This document shows positions 8,277-17,590 of a stretch of 64,000 nt of DNA, one piece after another. The first letter of the stretch is position 1. Each line of letters starts with the position of its first letter. Below the pieces are notes generated by a model. The model worked only from the letters and a program-made list of their open reading frames with translations, was not told the origin of the DNA and searched no databases. Origin of the DNA: a bacterium (GTDB lineage: Bacteria; Patescibacteriota; Patescibacteriia; SG8-24); assembly GCA_021824285.1 (NCBI GenBank), contig JAKAKZ010000004.1, forward strand, positions 225 through 64,224, read 5' to 3'. Both the position numbers and the translations under genes were made by a program.

Positions 8277-9488
8277 CTAACGCACCTCAATGCGGATCCT
8301 CTTAGCCACCTGGGGCAGACGGCTGGCCCAGACCGGCGAAACGGATACCGAGGCGGACGAGACGCCATCCAGCTTCTCCAGGTAGCGCTTGGCCGCGTCC
8401 GCGGTGATGCCGACCAGCTTCTCCGGATCGAGCGAGGGGTTAGCCGGCGACAGCACTGCGGTCCCATGCGCGGCGATCCGCAAGGTGGCGCGCCCGGCGG
8501 CGAGATCGGTTTTTTCAAGATGCAATTCCTCGTCTTTCTCCGCCACCTCGTTCAGGGCGCGGCCGCTGGGCAACTGCCGTTCCAGATCGCTCCGCACCGC
8601 CTGGTTCAATGAGTTCCGGTCATAGAAGACGCCCACGGCCTTGACCGTCACGGACATCTCGAATGAATCCGCCTCCTCACCTGGCTGGACGCTCGACTGC
8701 TCGCCGAGGGTCGTCAGCACGGTGAATTCGGCGTCGCCCGTCGCCGCCCCGGCCTCGCGGCGCAATCGCTCCTTGAGCGTCCGCGCCAGCTCGTCTTCCA
8801 GCATGGCCTTCGCCTTCTCCGTATCCTCGAGCGTGACGGCTTTGATGTTCTGGGAGCCGCCGCTGATGGGCTGGATGATCTGAACCTTGAAATAGCGGCG
8901 CAGGTCTTCGTTCAATCCGGGAATCGAAAAGTCGGCGTCCGCGGTCTCTCCCTGCCGTCCGGAGACCGTGGAAAAGACCTCGACCTCCGTTCCCCCGCCG
9001 CCTGGTACGGTCACGGTCTTCTTGGTGCGGTAGAGTCGCCCGTCAGCGGCCAACAGGCGAGTCGTGGCGACGAGCGTCTGGCTGCGCGTCAGCCGGCTCT
9101 CGATGCGCACTCGACCTTCGGCCGGCACGTCCATGTTGACGAGCGAGGAGGCGGGGAAAACCCGCGTCAGGGTATCGGTAACCTCGTAGACGCCACCGGC
9201 GATTTCCCCCGAGGACGGCGATTTCGTGACGTCCAGCAGGAAACTGTCCTTGACCGTCTGGGGCGCGGACATGACCACGACCGTGGCGCGGGTAAAGACC
9301 ATATAGAGCACGAGCGCCACGAGACCGGCGGTAAACAGCACGAAAAGCGTCGCGATGCGCCGATAGACGGCGAGCGACGCGTTAGCCGCGAAAACGGCCG
9401 CCCCCTTGGGCGGAACCGCGGTCGGCGGCTTTACCGGCGGAGCGTCGGGCCTATCACCCGGCGGTTGTCCGTTACCGATGACCAACAT
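8277..9488 (-). CDS. Membrane-anchored protein, baseplate J/gp47-like (CPR-type)
   Basis: Single N-terminal TM, LVATTRLL, TVTVPG, FSIPGL, ISGGS pattern recalled from CPR proteins of this annotation. Confidence 0.55.
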   Translation of the reverse strand: MLVIGNGQPPGDRPDAPPVKPPTAVPPKGAAVFAANASLAVYRRIATLFVLFTAGLVALVLYMVFTRATVVVMSAPQTVKDSFLLDVTKSPSSGEIAGGVYEVTDTLTRVFPASSLVNMDVPAEGRVRIESRLTRSQTLVATTRLLAADGRLYRTKKTVTVPGGGGTEVEVFSTVSGRQGETADADFSIPGLNEDLRRYFKVQIIQPISGGSQNIKAVTLEDTEKAKAMLEDELARTLKERLRREAGAATGDAEFTVLTTLGEQSSVQPGEEADSFEMSVTVKAVGVFYDRNSLNQAVRSDLERQLPSGRALNEVAEKDEELHLEKTDLAAGRATLRIAAHGTAVLSPANPSLDPEKLVGITADAAKRYLEKLDGVSSASVSVSPVWASRLPQVAKRIRIEVR

Positions 9489-9594
9489 AATTCCATATTA
9501 GCATAAGGTTTGGAGTCTTGGAGGTGTGGAGAAAGAAAGTGGCGGAGAGAGAAAGAGAAAAAGTGACAAAGTACGGCCTTTTTCACGGCACTCA

Positions 9595-9634
9595 AAGATC
9601 AAAAATCGCGCCTTATCAGCGCGATTTTTACATT
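9595..9634. repeat. Palindromic element AAAAATCGCGC...GCGCGATTTTT, copy A
   Basis: Inverted homolog of 16072-16107. Confidence 0.6.
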
Positions 9635-9677
9635 CACTTTCACTCTCCATCTCTCCTTCTCTCATTCTCTATAATCC

Positions 9678-12600
9678 TTATTCCGCCAGCACCGCACCTT
9701 TACCGACCACCGCCTCAATGTCCGCAATCGTATCCGCCGAAAAAGCTATGGAATAGCTCGTGGCATAGTGCCGCGCCGCGCCGTTCTCGCGGATCTCCAG
9801 CACCACGCGCCGGTTGCCGGGGTGCTCGCCCATCACGCGCTTGAGCTCGTCGGCCATCTGACGCGGCAGTTTCGGAGGCACGAGAACGCGCACCTTGGCC
9901 TGATCGGCGAAAGTGGCGGAGACTGGTTCGAGCCGGCGATGGCCGTTGGCGTAACCGAGGCGCGTACGGATGTCGGCGAGCGACTCCTGTTTCATCTCTT
10001 CGGCCGACTCCACCAGAAAACGGTGTTCGCCGTCCTTGTCGCTGAACTTGCCCTCGATCATGAGCGCCACGTCCGGCCGCCAGAGCGCGCGGTCCTTGGC
10101 CAGCACGGAGGGGAAGATGACGCATTCGATGCTGCCGCTCACGTCCGCCACGGTAGCGAAGGCCATGGGGTCGCCCTTCTTGGTGATGATGTCCTGCAGG
10201 GTCAGCACATAGCCGCCGATGCGCACCAGACCGCCGCGGCGGTCCTTGTACGCCTGTGCCACATCGCGGATGGGCGTCAGCAGATCGCCGAAATAGTCGC
10301 CGTATTCCTTATATGGATGTTCGGAGACATAGAGCCCCAAGAGCTCGCGCTCCCAGGAGAGCTTTTCGCGCTTGGTGGCCGCGGGCACGGGCCGCAACGT
10401 CACCTCGGCCCGATCGGCGAGCACCGGCGCGGCGCCGAACAGGTTCGACTGGCCCGAAGCCGCATCCTTCACTGCGGACTTATGGTAGGACAGAATCTGG
10501 TCGATGTTCGTGAGCAGGAGGTTGCGCTCCCCCATCGCATCCAGCGCGCCGGCCTTGATGAGCGACTCGAGCGCGCGCTTGTTGAAGCCCTTGGAATCCA
10601 CGCGAGCGGCGAAATCCGACAGGTTCTGGAACGGGCCGTGGGCCTCGCGCTCCGCGATGATGGCCGCGGCGATATCCGTGCCCAGGTTCTTGATGGCGCC
10701 GAGACCGAATCGGATCGACTTGTCGTCGATGTAGGTGAATTGCTGCTTGGAGGAATTGACGTCCGGCGGCAGGACGGCGATGCCGATGCTGCGGCAGTGC
10801 TCGACCATCTGGGCCACGGTCTCCACGTCGCCGGATTCCTCGGTCAGGACCGCGGTCATGTATTCGGCCGGCCAGTTGGCCTTGAGGTAGCTGGTCTGGT
10901 ACGCGACCATGCCGTAGGCGCAGGCATGGGCCTTGTTGAAGCCGTACGCGGCGAACGGCTCGATGAGCGCCCAGAGCTGCTGCGCGACCTCGGGCTTCAT
11001 GCCGTGCTTCACGCAGCCGGTCAGGAACTTGTCCTTCTGCTTGGCCATCTCCTCCGGGATCTTCTTGCCCATGGCCTTGCGGAACTTGTCCGCTTCCTCC
11101 CAGTTGTAGCCGGCCAAATGGATGGCGGAGAGCATGATGTCGTCCTGATAGGTCAGCACGCCGTAGGACATGCCCAGGATGTCCTTGAGCCGCGGGTCGA
11201 GGTAAGTGACGAGCGACGGGTTGTGCTTGCGGCGGATGAACTCTGGGATGGAGTCGATGGGTCCCGGGCGGTAGAGCGCGACCATGGCCATGATGTCCTC
11301 GACGCGCGAGGGCTTGAGGTCCATCAGGTACTTGGTCATGCCCGAACCGTTCAGCTGGAACAGGCCGATGGTCTCGCCGCGGCCGAGCATCTCGTAGGTC
11401 CGGGAGTCGTCGAGCGGGATGTTCTGCAGGTCGATGTCCACGCCCTTGGTGCGCTTGATGATCTGCACGGCGCGGCCGAGGATGGAGAGGTTGCGGATGC
11501 CGAGGAAATCCATCTTCAGCACGCCGGCCCCGTCCTCGCCGATGGCGCCCATGTCGTATTGGGTGATGAGCTTGTCGCCGCCGGACTCCAACTGCAGGGC
11601 GGTGTAGTCGGTGAGCGAAGTGGGCGCGATGACCACGCCCGCCGCGTGCACGCCGACCTGGCGGGCGCGGCCCTCGATGCGCTGGGCGAGCTCCAGGAGC
11701 CGCTTGGCCTGCGGGTCGGTGTCGATGAGGTTGCGCAGGTCCGCGGTCTCGTCGATGGCCCGCTTGATGGTCATGGCAAAGCCCTGGCTGCCCATGGGGA
11801 TCATCTTGGCGACGCGGTCCACGTACTGGATCGGCAGGCCGAGCGCGCGGCCGACGTCGCGCACGGAACCGCGCGCGGCCATGGTGCCGAAGGTGCAGAT
11901 CTGGGCCACGCGGTCCTTGCCGTATTTCTCGGTGACGTAGGCGATGACCTCGCCGCGCCGCGAATCCTCGAAGTCCGCGTCGACATCGGGCGCGGACGGG
12001 CGGAAGGGGTTCAGGAAGCGCTCAAACGGCAGGTTGTAGGTCAGCGGGTTGATCGGCACGATGTCGATGCAGTAGGACACGAGCGAGCCGGCGGCCGAAC
12101 CTCTCGTGGTCGTGACGATGCCGTGCTTCTTGGCCCAGCTGACGTAGTCGGAGACGACCAAAAAGTAGGTCGAATAGCCTTTGGTCTCGATGATGCCGAG
12201 CTCATAGTCCAGTCGCTCCTGCATGGCCGGCGTGAAATCCGGTATCTTGGCGCGCAGCCCGTCGTTGGCGAGCTTGCGCAGATACTGGTCGTGGGTCAGG
12301 CCGTCGGGCACGCGGAAATCCGCGAAGTGCCACTTGCCGATCTCGATCTTCACGTTGCAGCGTTCGGCGATCTTCACGGTGTTCTCCACGGCCTCGGGCA
12401 CGTCCTTGAACGCCTCCAGCATGTGGGCCTCGTCCGTGAGCGAATAGTCGGCGTCGGTCATGCGCAGGCGCCGCTCGTCGTCGAGCGTGCGGCCGTCCCC
12501 CACCGCCAAGAGCACGTCGTGCGCTTCCGCGTCCGATGGCTTGAGGTAATGTACGTCCTTCGTGGCCACGAGCGGGATGCCGGTGCGCTCCGAGAGGCGG

Positions 12601-13178
12601 ATGAGGTCGCGGTTCCGGGCCACCTGCTCGTCGAGCTCCGGATGGTCCTGCAGCTCCAAAAAGAAATTTCCCTTGCCGAAAATATCTTCGTATTCGCGGG
12701 CGACGGTCTCGGCCTTGCCGAACTCGTCGTTGGCGAGAGCCTTGCAGATCTCGCCGCGCAGGCCGCCGGAGAGCCCGATGAGCCCTCTGTGGTATTGGCG
12801 GAGCAGATCCTTGTCGATGCGCGGGACGTAATAGAAACCGTCCAAATGCGCTTTGGTGGTAAGCTGAAGCAGGTTGCGGTAGCCCTCGTCGGTCTCGCAG
12901 AGCAGGATGAGCTGACTCGTCTTGTCGTCAATGCGCGGGCGCTTGTCCGTGTGCTTCTCGAGCGCGACATAGGCGCACTGGCCGATGATGGGCTTGATCT
13001 CCTTCTTCTGGCATTCCTTGAAGAACTCGATGATGCCGTAGGTCGCGCCGGAGTCCGTGAGCGCAATGGCCTCCATGTTCGCGCCCTTGGCAGCCTTAAC
13101 CAGCTCGTCCACGGCCGGCAGGGCCTTGAGGAACGAGTAGTGGCTATGGACGTGCAGGTGGACGAATTTGGAGTTCAT
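9678..13178 (-). CDS. dnaE: DNA polymerase III alpha subunit
   Basis: FVHLHVHSHYS PHP domain, RGSAAGSLV, PDVDADF, KMDFLG, YGFNKAH. Confidence 0.98.
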   Translation of the reverse strand: MNSKFVHLHVHSHYSFLKALPAVDELVKAAKGANMEAIALTDSGATYGIIEFFKECQKKEIKPIIGQCAYVALEKHTDKRPRIDDKTSQLILLCETDEGYRNLLQLTTKAHLDGFYYVPRIDKDLLRQYHRGLIGLSGGLRGEICKALANDEFGKAETVAREYEDIFGKGNFFLELQDHPELDEQVARNRDLIRLSERTGIPLVATKDVHYLKPSDAEAHDVLLAVGDGRTLDDERRLRMTDADYSLTDEAHMLEAFKDVPEAVENTVKIAERCNVKIEIGKWHFADFRVPDGLTHDQYLRKLANDGLRAKIPDFTPAMQERLDYELGIIETKGYSTYFLVVSDYVSWAKKHGIVTTTRGSAAGSLVSYCIDIVPINPLTYNLPFERFLNPFRPSAPDVDADFEDSRRGEVIAYVTEKYGKDRVAQICTFGTMAARGSVRDVGRALGLPIQYVDRVAKMIPMGSQGFAMTIKRAIDETADLRNLIDTDPQAKRLLELAQRIEGRARQVGVHAAGVVIAPTSLTDYTALQLESGGDKLITQYDMGAIGEDGAGVLKMDFLGIRNLSILGRAVQIIKRTKGVDIDLQNIPLDDSRTYEMLGRGETIGLFQLNGSGMTKYLMDLKPSRVEDIMAMVALYRPGPIDSIPEFIRRKHNPSLVTYLDPRLKDILGMSYGVLTYQDDIMLSAIHLAGYNWEEADKFRKAMGKKIPEEMAKQKDKFLTGCVKHGMKPEVAQQLWALIEPFAAYGFNKAHACAYGMVAYQTSYLKANWPAEYMTAVLTEESGDVETVAQMVEHCRSIGIAVLPPDVNSSKQQFTYIDDKSIRFGLGAIKNLGTDIAAAIIAEREAHGPFQNLSDFAARVDSKGFNKRALESLIKAGALDAMGERNLLLTNIDQILSYHKSAVKDAASGQSNLFGAAPVLADRAEVTLRPVPAATKREKLSWERELLGLYVSEHPYKEYGDYFGDLLTPIRDVAQAYKDRRGGLVRIGGYVLTLQDIITKKGDPMAFATVADVSGSIECVIFPSVLAKDRALWRPDVALMIEGKFSDKDGEHRFLVESAEEMKQESLADIRTRLGYANGHRRLEPVSATFADQAKVRVLVPPKLPRQMADELKRVMGEHPGNRRVVLEIRENGAARHYATSYSIAFSADTIADIEAVVGKGAVLAE

Positions 13179-13341
13179 CGGGCTTGTCTGGCCGCTCCTC
13201 TCCAGCGGCTTCGTTCATCACCAGTCTACTGAATCCGGCGGATATAAAAAAGACCCCATAGGCAGGCAGCTGGCCGCTCGGGGTCTTGACTTTTCGGCAA
13301 AAATCCTTACAATCAGCCGAGCCATAAAAAGGAGGCCAAAA

Positions 13342-13809
13342 TTGCCCAAAGACTTCATTTCCAAGCTGCGGCAGGACGAGGCGACCATCGCCAAGCTCAT
13401 CACGAACGAATTTGGCCCCATGTTCGCCTGGGTCGGCATGGCGGACGACGACGCGCTGTTCGCCGGCATCCTGCTCTCGGAGACCGAGCGCCGCATCCAG
13501 CTCGCGGTCCGTTCCTACCTGGAGTGGCTGGCGAGCCGCGCATTCCGCGGCCAGGACTTCGGCCCGGCGGACCTCATCGAGATGCCAGAGGCCGACCTCT
13601 GGACCGCGGTCGCCAAGTACGGCTATGGGCCGGCGCCGCACGGCGAAGTGCAGCTCCTGAAGCAGACCGTCAAATGGCTGCGCTGGCGCGCCGATGACCG
13701 GCGCCTGCCTCCCCTCTCGACTGCGCTCGGCCAGCTCAAGGATGGCCAGTTCGTGCCGAACGAGGCGGCCGTCCGCGCCTGGGCGGCGCACTACGATTGG
13801 AGCAAGTGA
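13342..13809 (+). CDS. Hypothetical protein
   Basis: TTG start after AGGAGG; TTGACT-N16-TACAAT promoter at 13286-13313; terminator after the stop. Confidence 0.65.
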   Translation: MPKDFISKLRQDEATIAKLITNEFGPMFAWVGMADDDALFAGILLSETERRIQLAVRSYLEWLASRAFRGQDFGPADLIEMPEADLWTAVAKYGYGPAPHGEVQLLKQTVKWLRWRADDRRLPPLSTALGQLKDGQFVPNEAAVRAWAAHYDWSK

Positions 13810-13960
13810 TCACACGGCCCGCTTGGGCCGTGTTTTTTTGTGGACGAATTCGTTGAACCATAAGCTGACGCCCGTGAGTCAGCAGCCGCTGGACGGGATG
13901 CTCTGCGCCAGCGGACCCAGCGGCTGCGACAAAAAACCGGCCCGCAAAGGGCCGGTCGGT

Positions 13961-14605
13961 TCAGCTGACGTTGATGCCGTGGAGGAGCAGGTACTCGAGC
14001 GCCTCCTCGGGCAGCCCGAGGCCGGGCGCGAGCGCTTCCCGACGGCGCGCCAGGATATCGCGCGCGTCCTTGGCCGTGAGCACGTCCAGGTCCTCGGCCA
14101 GCCAGTCGTCGAACGACTTCAGGTCGCGACCCTGGAGCACGGCGGCGAGCGCCGGACCGCAGGCCGAGGCCTGCGGCAGCATGGCCGCATCCACCGCCGC
14201 GAGCGGCAGGTGGCGCTGGCCGTCCCGGTCCTCGGCGAGGAGCTCGAAGGACTGCATCCAGGCCGCGGCGAGCCGGTCGGCGATCTGCTCGGCGTCCTCC
14301 CGGACAGTCGCCTCGTCCAGCTCGAGCAGGGGCTCGTCGCCGGGCAGGAGATGCTCGAGCACGCTGTCGATCTCGTCCTCGGTGACGTCCTTGCGCCGCA
14401 GGTCGGCGACGATGTCGGAGACGACCACGACGCTCGGGAGCGGCGGGAACGGCTTGGCGCTCCGCACGATCTCCTCGTAGAAGCGTCGGACGTACGGCTC
14501 CACGAGCGGCTTCAGGCCGTCGGACAGCTCCGCGAGGAGCTGGCCACGGTAGGCCGAAAGGCCGTCGGTGGACTGCGATTCGGTATCAGCTTCGTTCAGG
14601 TTCAT
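13961..14605 (-). CDS. Acidic hypothetical protein
   Basis: GGAGG RBS, TTGACA-N17-TAGTCT promoter, downstream terminator hairpin. Confidence 0.7.
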   Translation of the reverse strand: MNLNEADTESQSTDGLSAYRGQLLAELSDGLKPLVEPYVRRFYEEIVRSAKPFPPLPSVVVVSDIVADLRRKDVTEDEIDSVLEHLLPGDEPLLELDEATVREDAEQIADRLAAAWMQSFELLAEDRDGQRHLPLAAVDAAMLPQASACGPALAAVLQGRDLKSFDDWLAEDLDVLTAKDARDILARRREALAPGLGLPEEALEYLLLHGINVS

Positions 14606-14735
14606 CTTTCCTCCAGTTGGAAGGGGCGTATTTCGGGCAGACTATCAGAAAATAGGCTCGCTGTCAAGGTTGTCGGGCAATCTTATATTGATAAAAAAAG
14701 CTTAACTAACATAAAAAACACGGCTCTAGGCCGTG

Positions 14736-15146
14736 TTAAGGAACCCCGCCGTCCGCTTCCGGACAGCCGCGGCAATCGCACGAATTGTGCGTCTCGCAGA
14801 AGCATTCCTGGCGCTGCCGCCGATAGCACTTGTCGTTCACCTCGCCCCAAGCGATGTTGGCGCAGGAGTCGCGGCAGACTTCGGCGTCGCCGCACCTGGC
14901 CAGGCACTTGGCTTTCCAGGCTTCGACCTGCTCGCGGCAGGCCAGGTACTCGCGGTTGCGGCGGTCCCAGCAGGCGCTCTCGCAGTCGCGACCGGCCGCG
15001 AGTTCCTCCGCCAACCTGGCGCGGCAGGCATAGCACGCCTGGCAGTCCGCGGGCTGCTTACTGATGTGGCCATAACGCTCCTCGCAGCCGGTCAGGGCCA
15101 GCAGGAAAACGGCGGCCAAGGACGCGATTCCAGCATTATTTTTCAA
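14736..15146 (-). CDS. Cys-rich lipoprotein
   Basis: Lipobox LTGC plus 16 further Cys; TTGACT-N17-TAAATA upstream. Confidence 0.65.
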   Translation of the reverse strand: MKNNAGIASLAAVFLLALTGCEERYGHISKQPADCQACYACRARLAEELAAGRDCESACWDRRNREYLACREQVEAWKAKCLARCGDAEVCRDSCANIAWGEVNDKCYRRQRQECFCETHNSCDCRGCPEADGGVP

Positions 15147-15291
15147 ACTTTTGTCCTTCTGGGTAAAGAGCGGCCGTCCGATGGTTATCGGTCCGATGAC
15201 TGATATTTAGCCTTTTATTGGCTAAAAGTCAAGATGGCCGCTGGCTCCGGCCGAAACGAAAACGGCCCCGAAAAGGGGCCGGTCTGCCTGA

Positions 15292-15621
15292 TTATTCCTC
15301 ATCTTCCGCCTCCGCTTTCTTCCTCCGGCGTGGCCGTGGCTCCTCGCTGGCGGCGCGGCGCTGGGCCATGGCCCAACCGATGATTTCCTTGGCCGCCTGG
15401 GCAGCTAGAGTGAAGGAAGCGGCAGAACGCTCAACCTTGTCGTGGACCACATGAGCCAGATGATCGATGGTCTCCACGGCCTCCCGCACGCGGCGCATGA
15501 TGATCTCCGCGTCGCGCACTGCGGCCATCAGATAATAGAGCAGCCAGCAAAGGAAGACGGTCAGCCAGATGACGCAGAACGCCAAGGTGACGAAGAGTAG
15601 GTCTTTGCTGGTCTCGATCAT
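15292..15621 (-). CDS. Small membrane protein (TM plus coiled coil, DUF948-like)
   Basis: N-terminal TM followed by an amphipathic helix. Confidence 0.7.
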   Translation of the reverse strand: MIETSKDLLFVTLAFCVIWLTVFLCWLLYYLMAAVRDAEIIMRRVREAVETIDHLAHVVHDKVERSAASFTLAAQAAKEIIGWAMAQRRAASEEPRPRRRKKAEAEDEE

Positions 15622-15720
15622 GGCCGTGGGGGCTTAAGTTGGCCTTATGGTCAGATTGTAGCACGCGACCGGCTGGGGGCGGAAGTGGCATGCGGCACGT
15701 ACCGGACTGCGGCGCCAATC

Positions 15721-15749
15721 TTGACAGGCGGACGGAGTTCCGCTAGATT
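15721..15749 (+). promoter_or_regulatory. sigma70-like promoter
   Basis: TTGACA-N17-TAGATT. Confidence 0.65.
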
Positions 15750-15824
15750 GTTTCCCGGCATCTGGGGTCAGACCCCGATGCGCGCAGTCCGACAGTCCCA
15801 CCCGACGGAACACGAGGCAACGCG

Positions 15825-15992
15825 ATGAGCAAGAAGGCCACCCAGGTGACGAGCTCCGGCTACGACCCGCAGTGCCCCTACTGCCGCGGCAAGAACAAGC
15901 ACGGCCCGAGCCAGCGCAAGGCCTGCAAGAACGGCAAGTTCAAGACCGTCTCGAGCGGCAGCGGCACGACCGCGGGCAACAAGCCGACGTAG
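15825..15992 (+). CDS. 55-aa basic putative zinc-binding microprotein (absent from the ORF track)
   Basis: MSKKATQVTSSGYDPQCPYCRGKNKHGPSQRKACKNGKFKTVSSGSGTTAGNKPT; GAGG RBS, GC3-rich codons, own promoter and terminator. Confidence 0.7.
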   Translation: MSKKATQVTSSGYDPQCPYCRGKNKHGPSQRKACKNGKFKTVSSGSGTTAGNKPT

Positions 15993-16039
15993 CACGCGAC
16001 TTCTTAAGAAACACCGCCCCCATGAGGGCGGTTTTTTAT

Positions 16040-16148
16040 AGTGTGAAGGGTGAAGTTGGGAGTGTGGAGTTAATGTAAAAATCGCGCTGCGGCGCGATTT
16101 TAATCTTGAATAACGCGACTCCATACTCCACACTCCCCGCTCCACACT
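16040..16148. repeat. Inverted heptamer array (GAGTGTG-type) with central palindrome copy B
   Basis: agtgtga agggtga agttggg agtgtgg ... actccat actccac actcccc gctccac; centre aaaaatcgcgc-tgcg-gcgcgatttt. Confidence 0.7.
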
Positions 16149-17586
16149 ACCGTACTGCTTTCAACGCAAAACTGAACGTCGTTCCCTTCCCTGCCTCGGA
16201 ACGGAACCAGATGCGGCCGCCCATCCGCTCAACCAGCTGTTTGGTGATGAAAAGACCCAGACCGGTCCCGGGCGCGCTGCGGATGACCCGCTCGCCGGAA
16301 CGGAAGAACTTTTCGAAGACCTGCTTCTGCTCCTCAGCGGCGATGCCGTAGCCGGTATCCTGGACATGGGTGATGATCTCGCCGTCCGCCGCCTCGTGCC
16401 GCACCGTAATCCGGCCGCCCTCGGGCGTGTACTTGATGGCGTTCGTCAGCAGGTTGGCCATCACTTCCTTGAGCCGCCCGGCATCCGCCAAAACCGGACT
16501 CGCGCCCGCAGCGAGATATTCCACTTCCTGCTTCTTGCTCTCCGCCGGCAGGCGCTGTTCCGCGACGATCGCGCGCACCGCTTCGCTGAGATCGCACGGG
16601 CTGACCTCCACCGAAAGCTTGCCGGCTTCGGACCGTGCGATATCCAGGATATCGTTCACGAGCTGGGCGAGACGGCCGTTCGCCGTCTTGACGTTCTCGA
16701 TGTACTTTGAAGCCTCCGGTGTCACCGCACCGCCGCCGAGCTCGTCCAGCAGGCTCAAGTAGCCGTTGATCACAGTCACCGGGGCGCGGAGCTCGTGCGA
16801 GGCGATGAAGACAAACTCGTTGCGGAGTTCCTGCAGGCGCTTGAGGCCATCGGACATCCGGTTCAGCTCTCCGCCCAAACGCCCGATCTCATCCCGCGAC
16901 CTGATCTTCAGCTTATTGTCGAACTTGCCTTCGGCGACCTCGGAAATGAAGACGCCGATGCGCCGGAGCGGCGCGCCGAGGAAAAACTGGGCGGTCAGCA
17001 GGATAAACGCGATGAGCAGCAGGGTGCCGACCGCCAAAATCCAGAAGATGGCGCCGAGCTGGCGGCTGACGGGCGCCAAAACCGCACCCACGACCGAATG
17101 CACTTCGGCCACGCCGCGCACGCGGCCGCCCAAGCTGATGGGCACGAAGATGTCCACGAACTGGCCGACATCGGTCTGCACGAAATCGGCATCGTCTTTC
17201 TGGCGGACGACGTATTCCGGCTGGCCGCTCGCCAAAACCCGCGTCAGGTCGGGGTGATCCGATGCGGTCCGGCCGATGAGCGACGGCAGATCGGAAAAGA
17301 TCACGCGTCGATCCGTATTCCACACGGTCAGGCGGGCCGTCGTCGGGTCGGTCGTGTCCTGCAGGAAGGTCAGAAAATTGCGGCGGCCTTCTTCGCTATC
17401 CGGGTTCGTGAAATCCTCCGCGCGCAGGTGCTGAATGGCCTGTGAAATCACCAGCTCGCGCACATCGAAAAACTCCTCGCGGATCAGCGAGTTGCGGATC
17501 GCCTGCTCGGAATACAGGGCAATGAAACCCATGAGCAGAAGCGAAAACGTGACGATCGGCAGGACGATTTTAGTGACGAGCCTCAT
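16147..17586 (-). CDS. Sensor histidine kinase (2 TM, extracytoplasmic sensor, HAMP, HisKA, HATPase)
   Basis: ASHELRAP H-box, NLLTNAIKY, DTGYGI, GTGLGL; start MRLVTK at 17586. Confidence 0.93.
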   Translation of the reverse strand: MRLVTKIVLPIVTFSLLLMGFIALYSEQAIRNSLIREEFFDVRELVISQAIQHLRAEDFTNPDSEEGRRNFLTFLQDTTDPTTARLTVWNTDRRVIFSDLPSLIGRTASDHPDLTRVLASGQPEYVVRQKDDADFVQTDVGQFVDIFVPISLGGRVRGVAEVHSVVGAVLAPVSRQLGAIFWILAVGTLLLIAFILLTAQFFLGAPLRRIGVFISEVAEGKFDNKLKIRSRDEIGRLGGELNRMSDGLKRLQELRNEFVFIASHELRAPVTVINGYLSLLDELGGGAVTPEASKYIENVKTANGRLAQLVNDILDIARSEAGKLSVEVSPCDLSEAVRAIVAEQRLPAESKKQEVEYLAAGASPVLADAGRLKEVMANLLTNAIKYTPEGGRITVRHEAADGEIITHVQDTGYGIAAEEQKQVFEKFFRSGERVIRSAPGTGLGLFITKQLVERMGGRIWFRSEAGKGTTFSFALKAVR

Positions 17587-17590
17587 AGCT

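Noticed and set aside
9768-13232. 1154-aa plus-strand ORF, and similar long antisense ORFs (22745-24322, 31569-33197, 37051-39087, 46034-47401, 52330-54183, 57411-59675)
   Set aside because: These are antisense shadows of clear genes (dnaE, pheT, clpC, radA, virB4 and others), expected from high-GC3 codon bias, and show no recognisable motifs.
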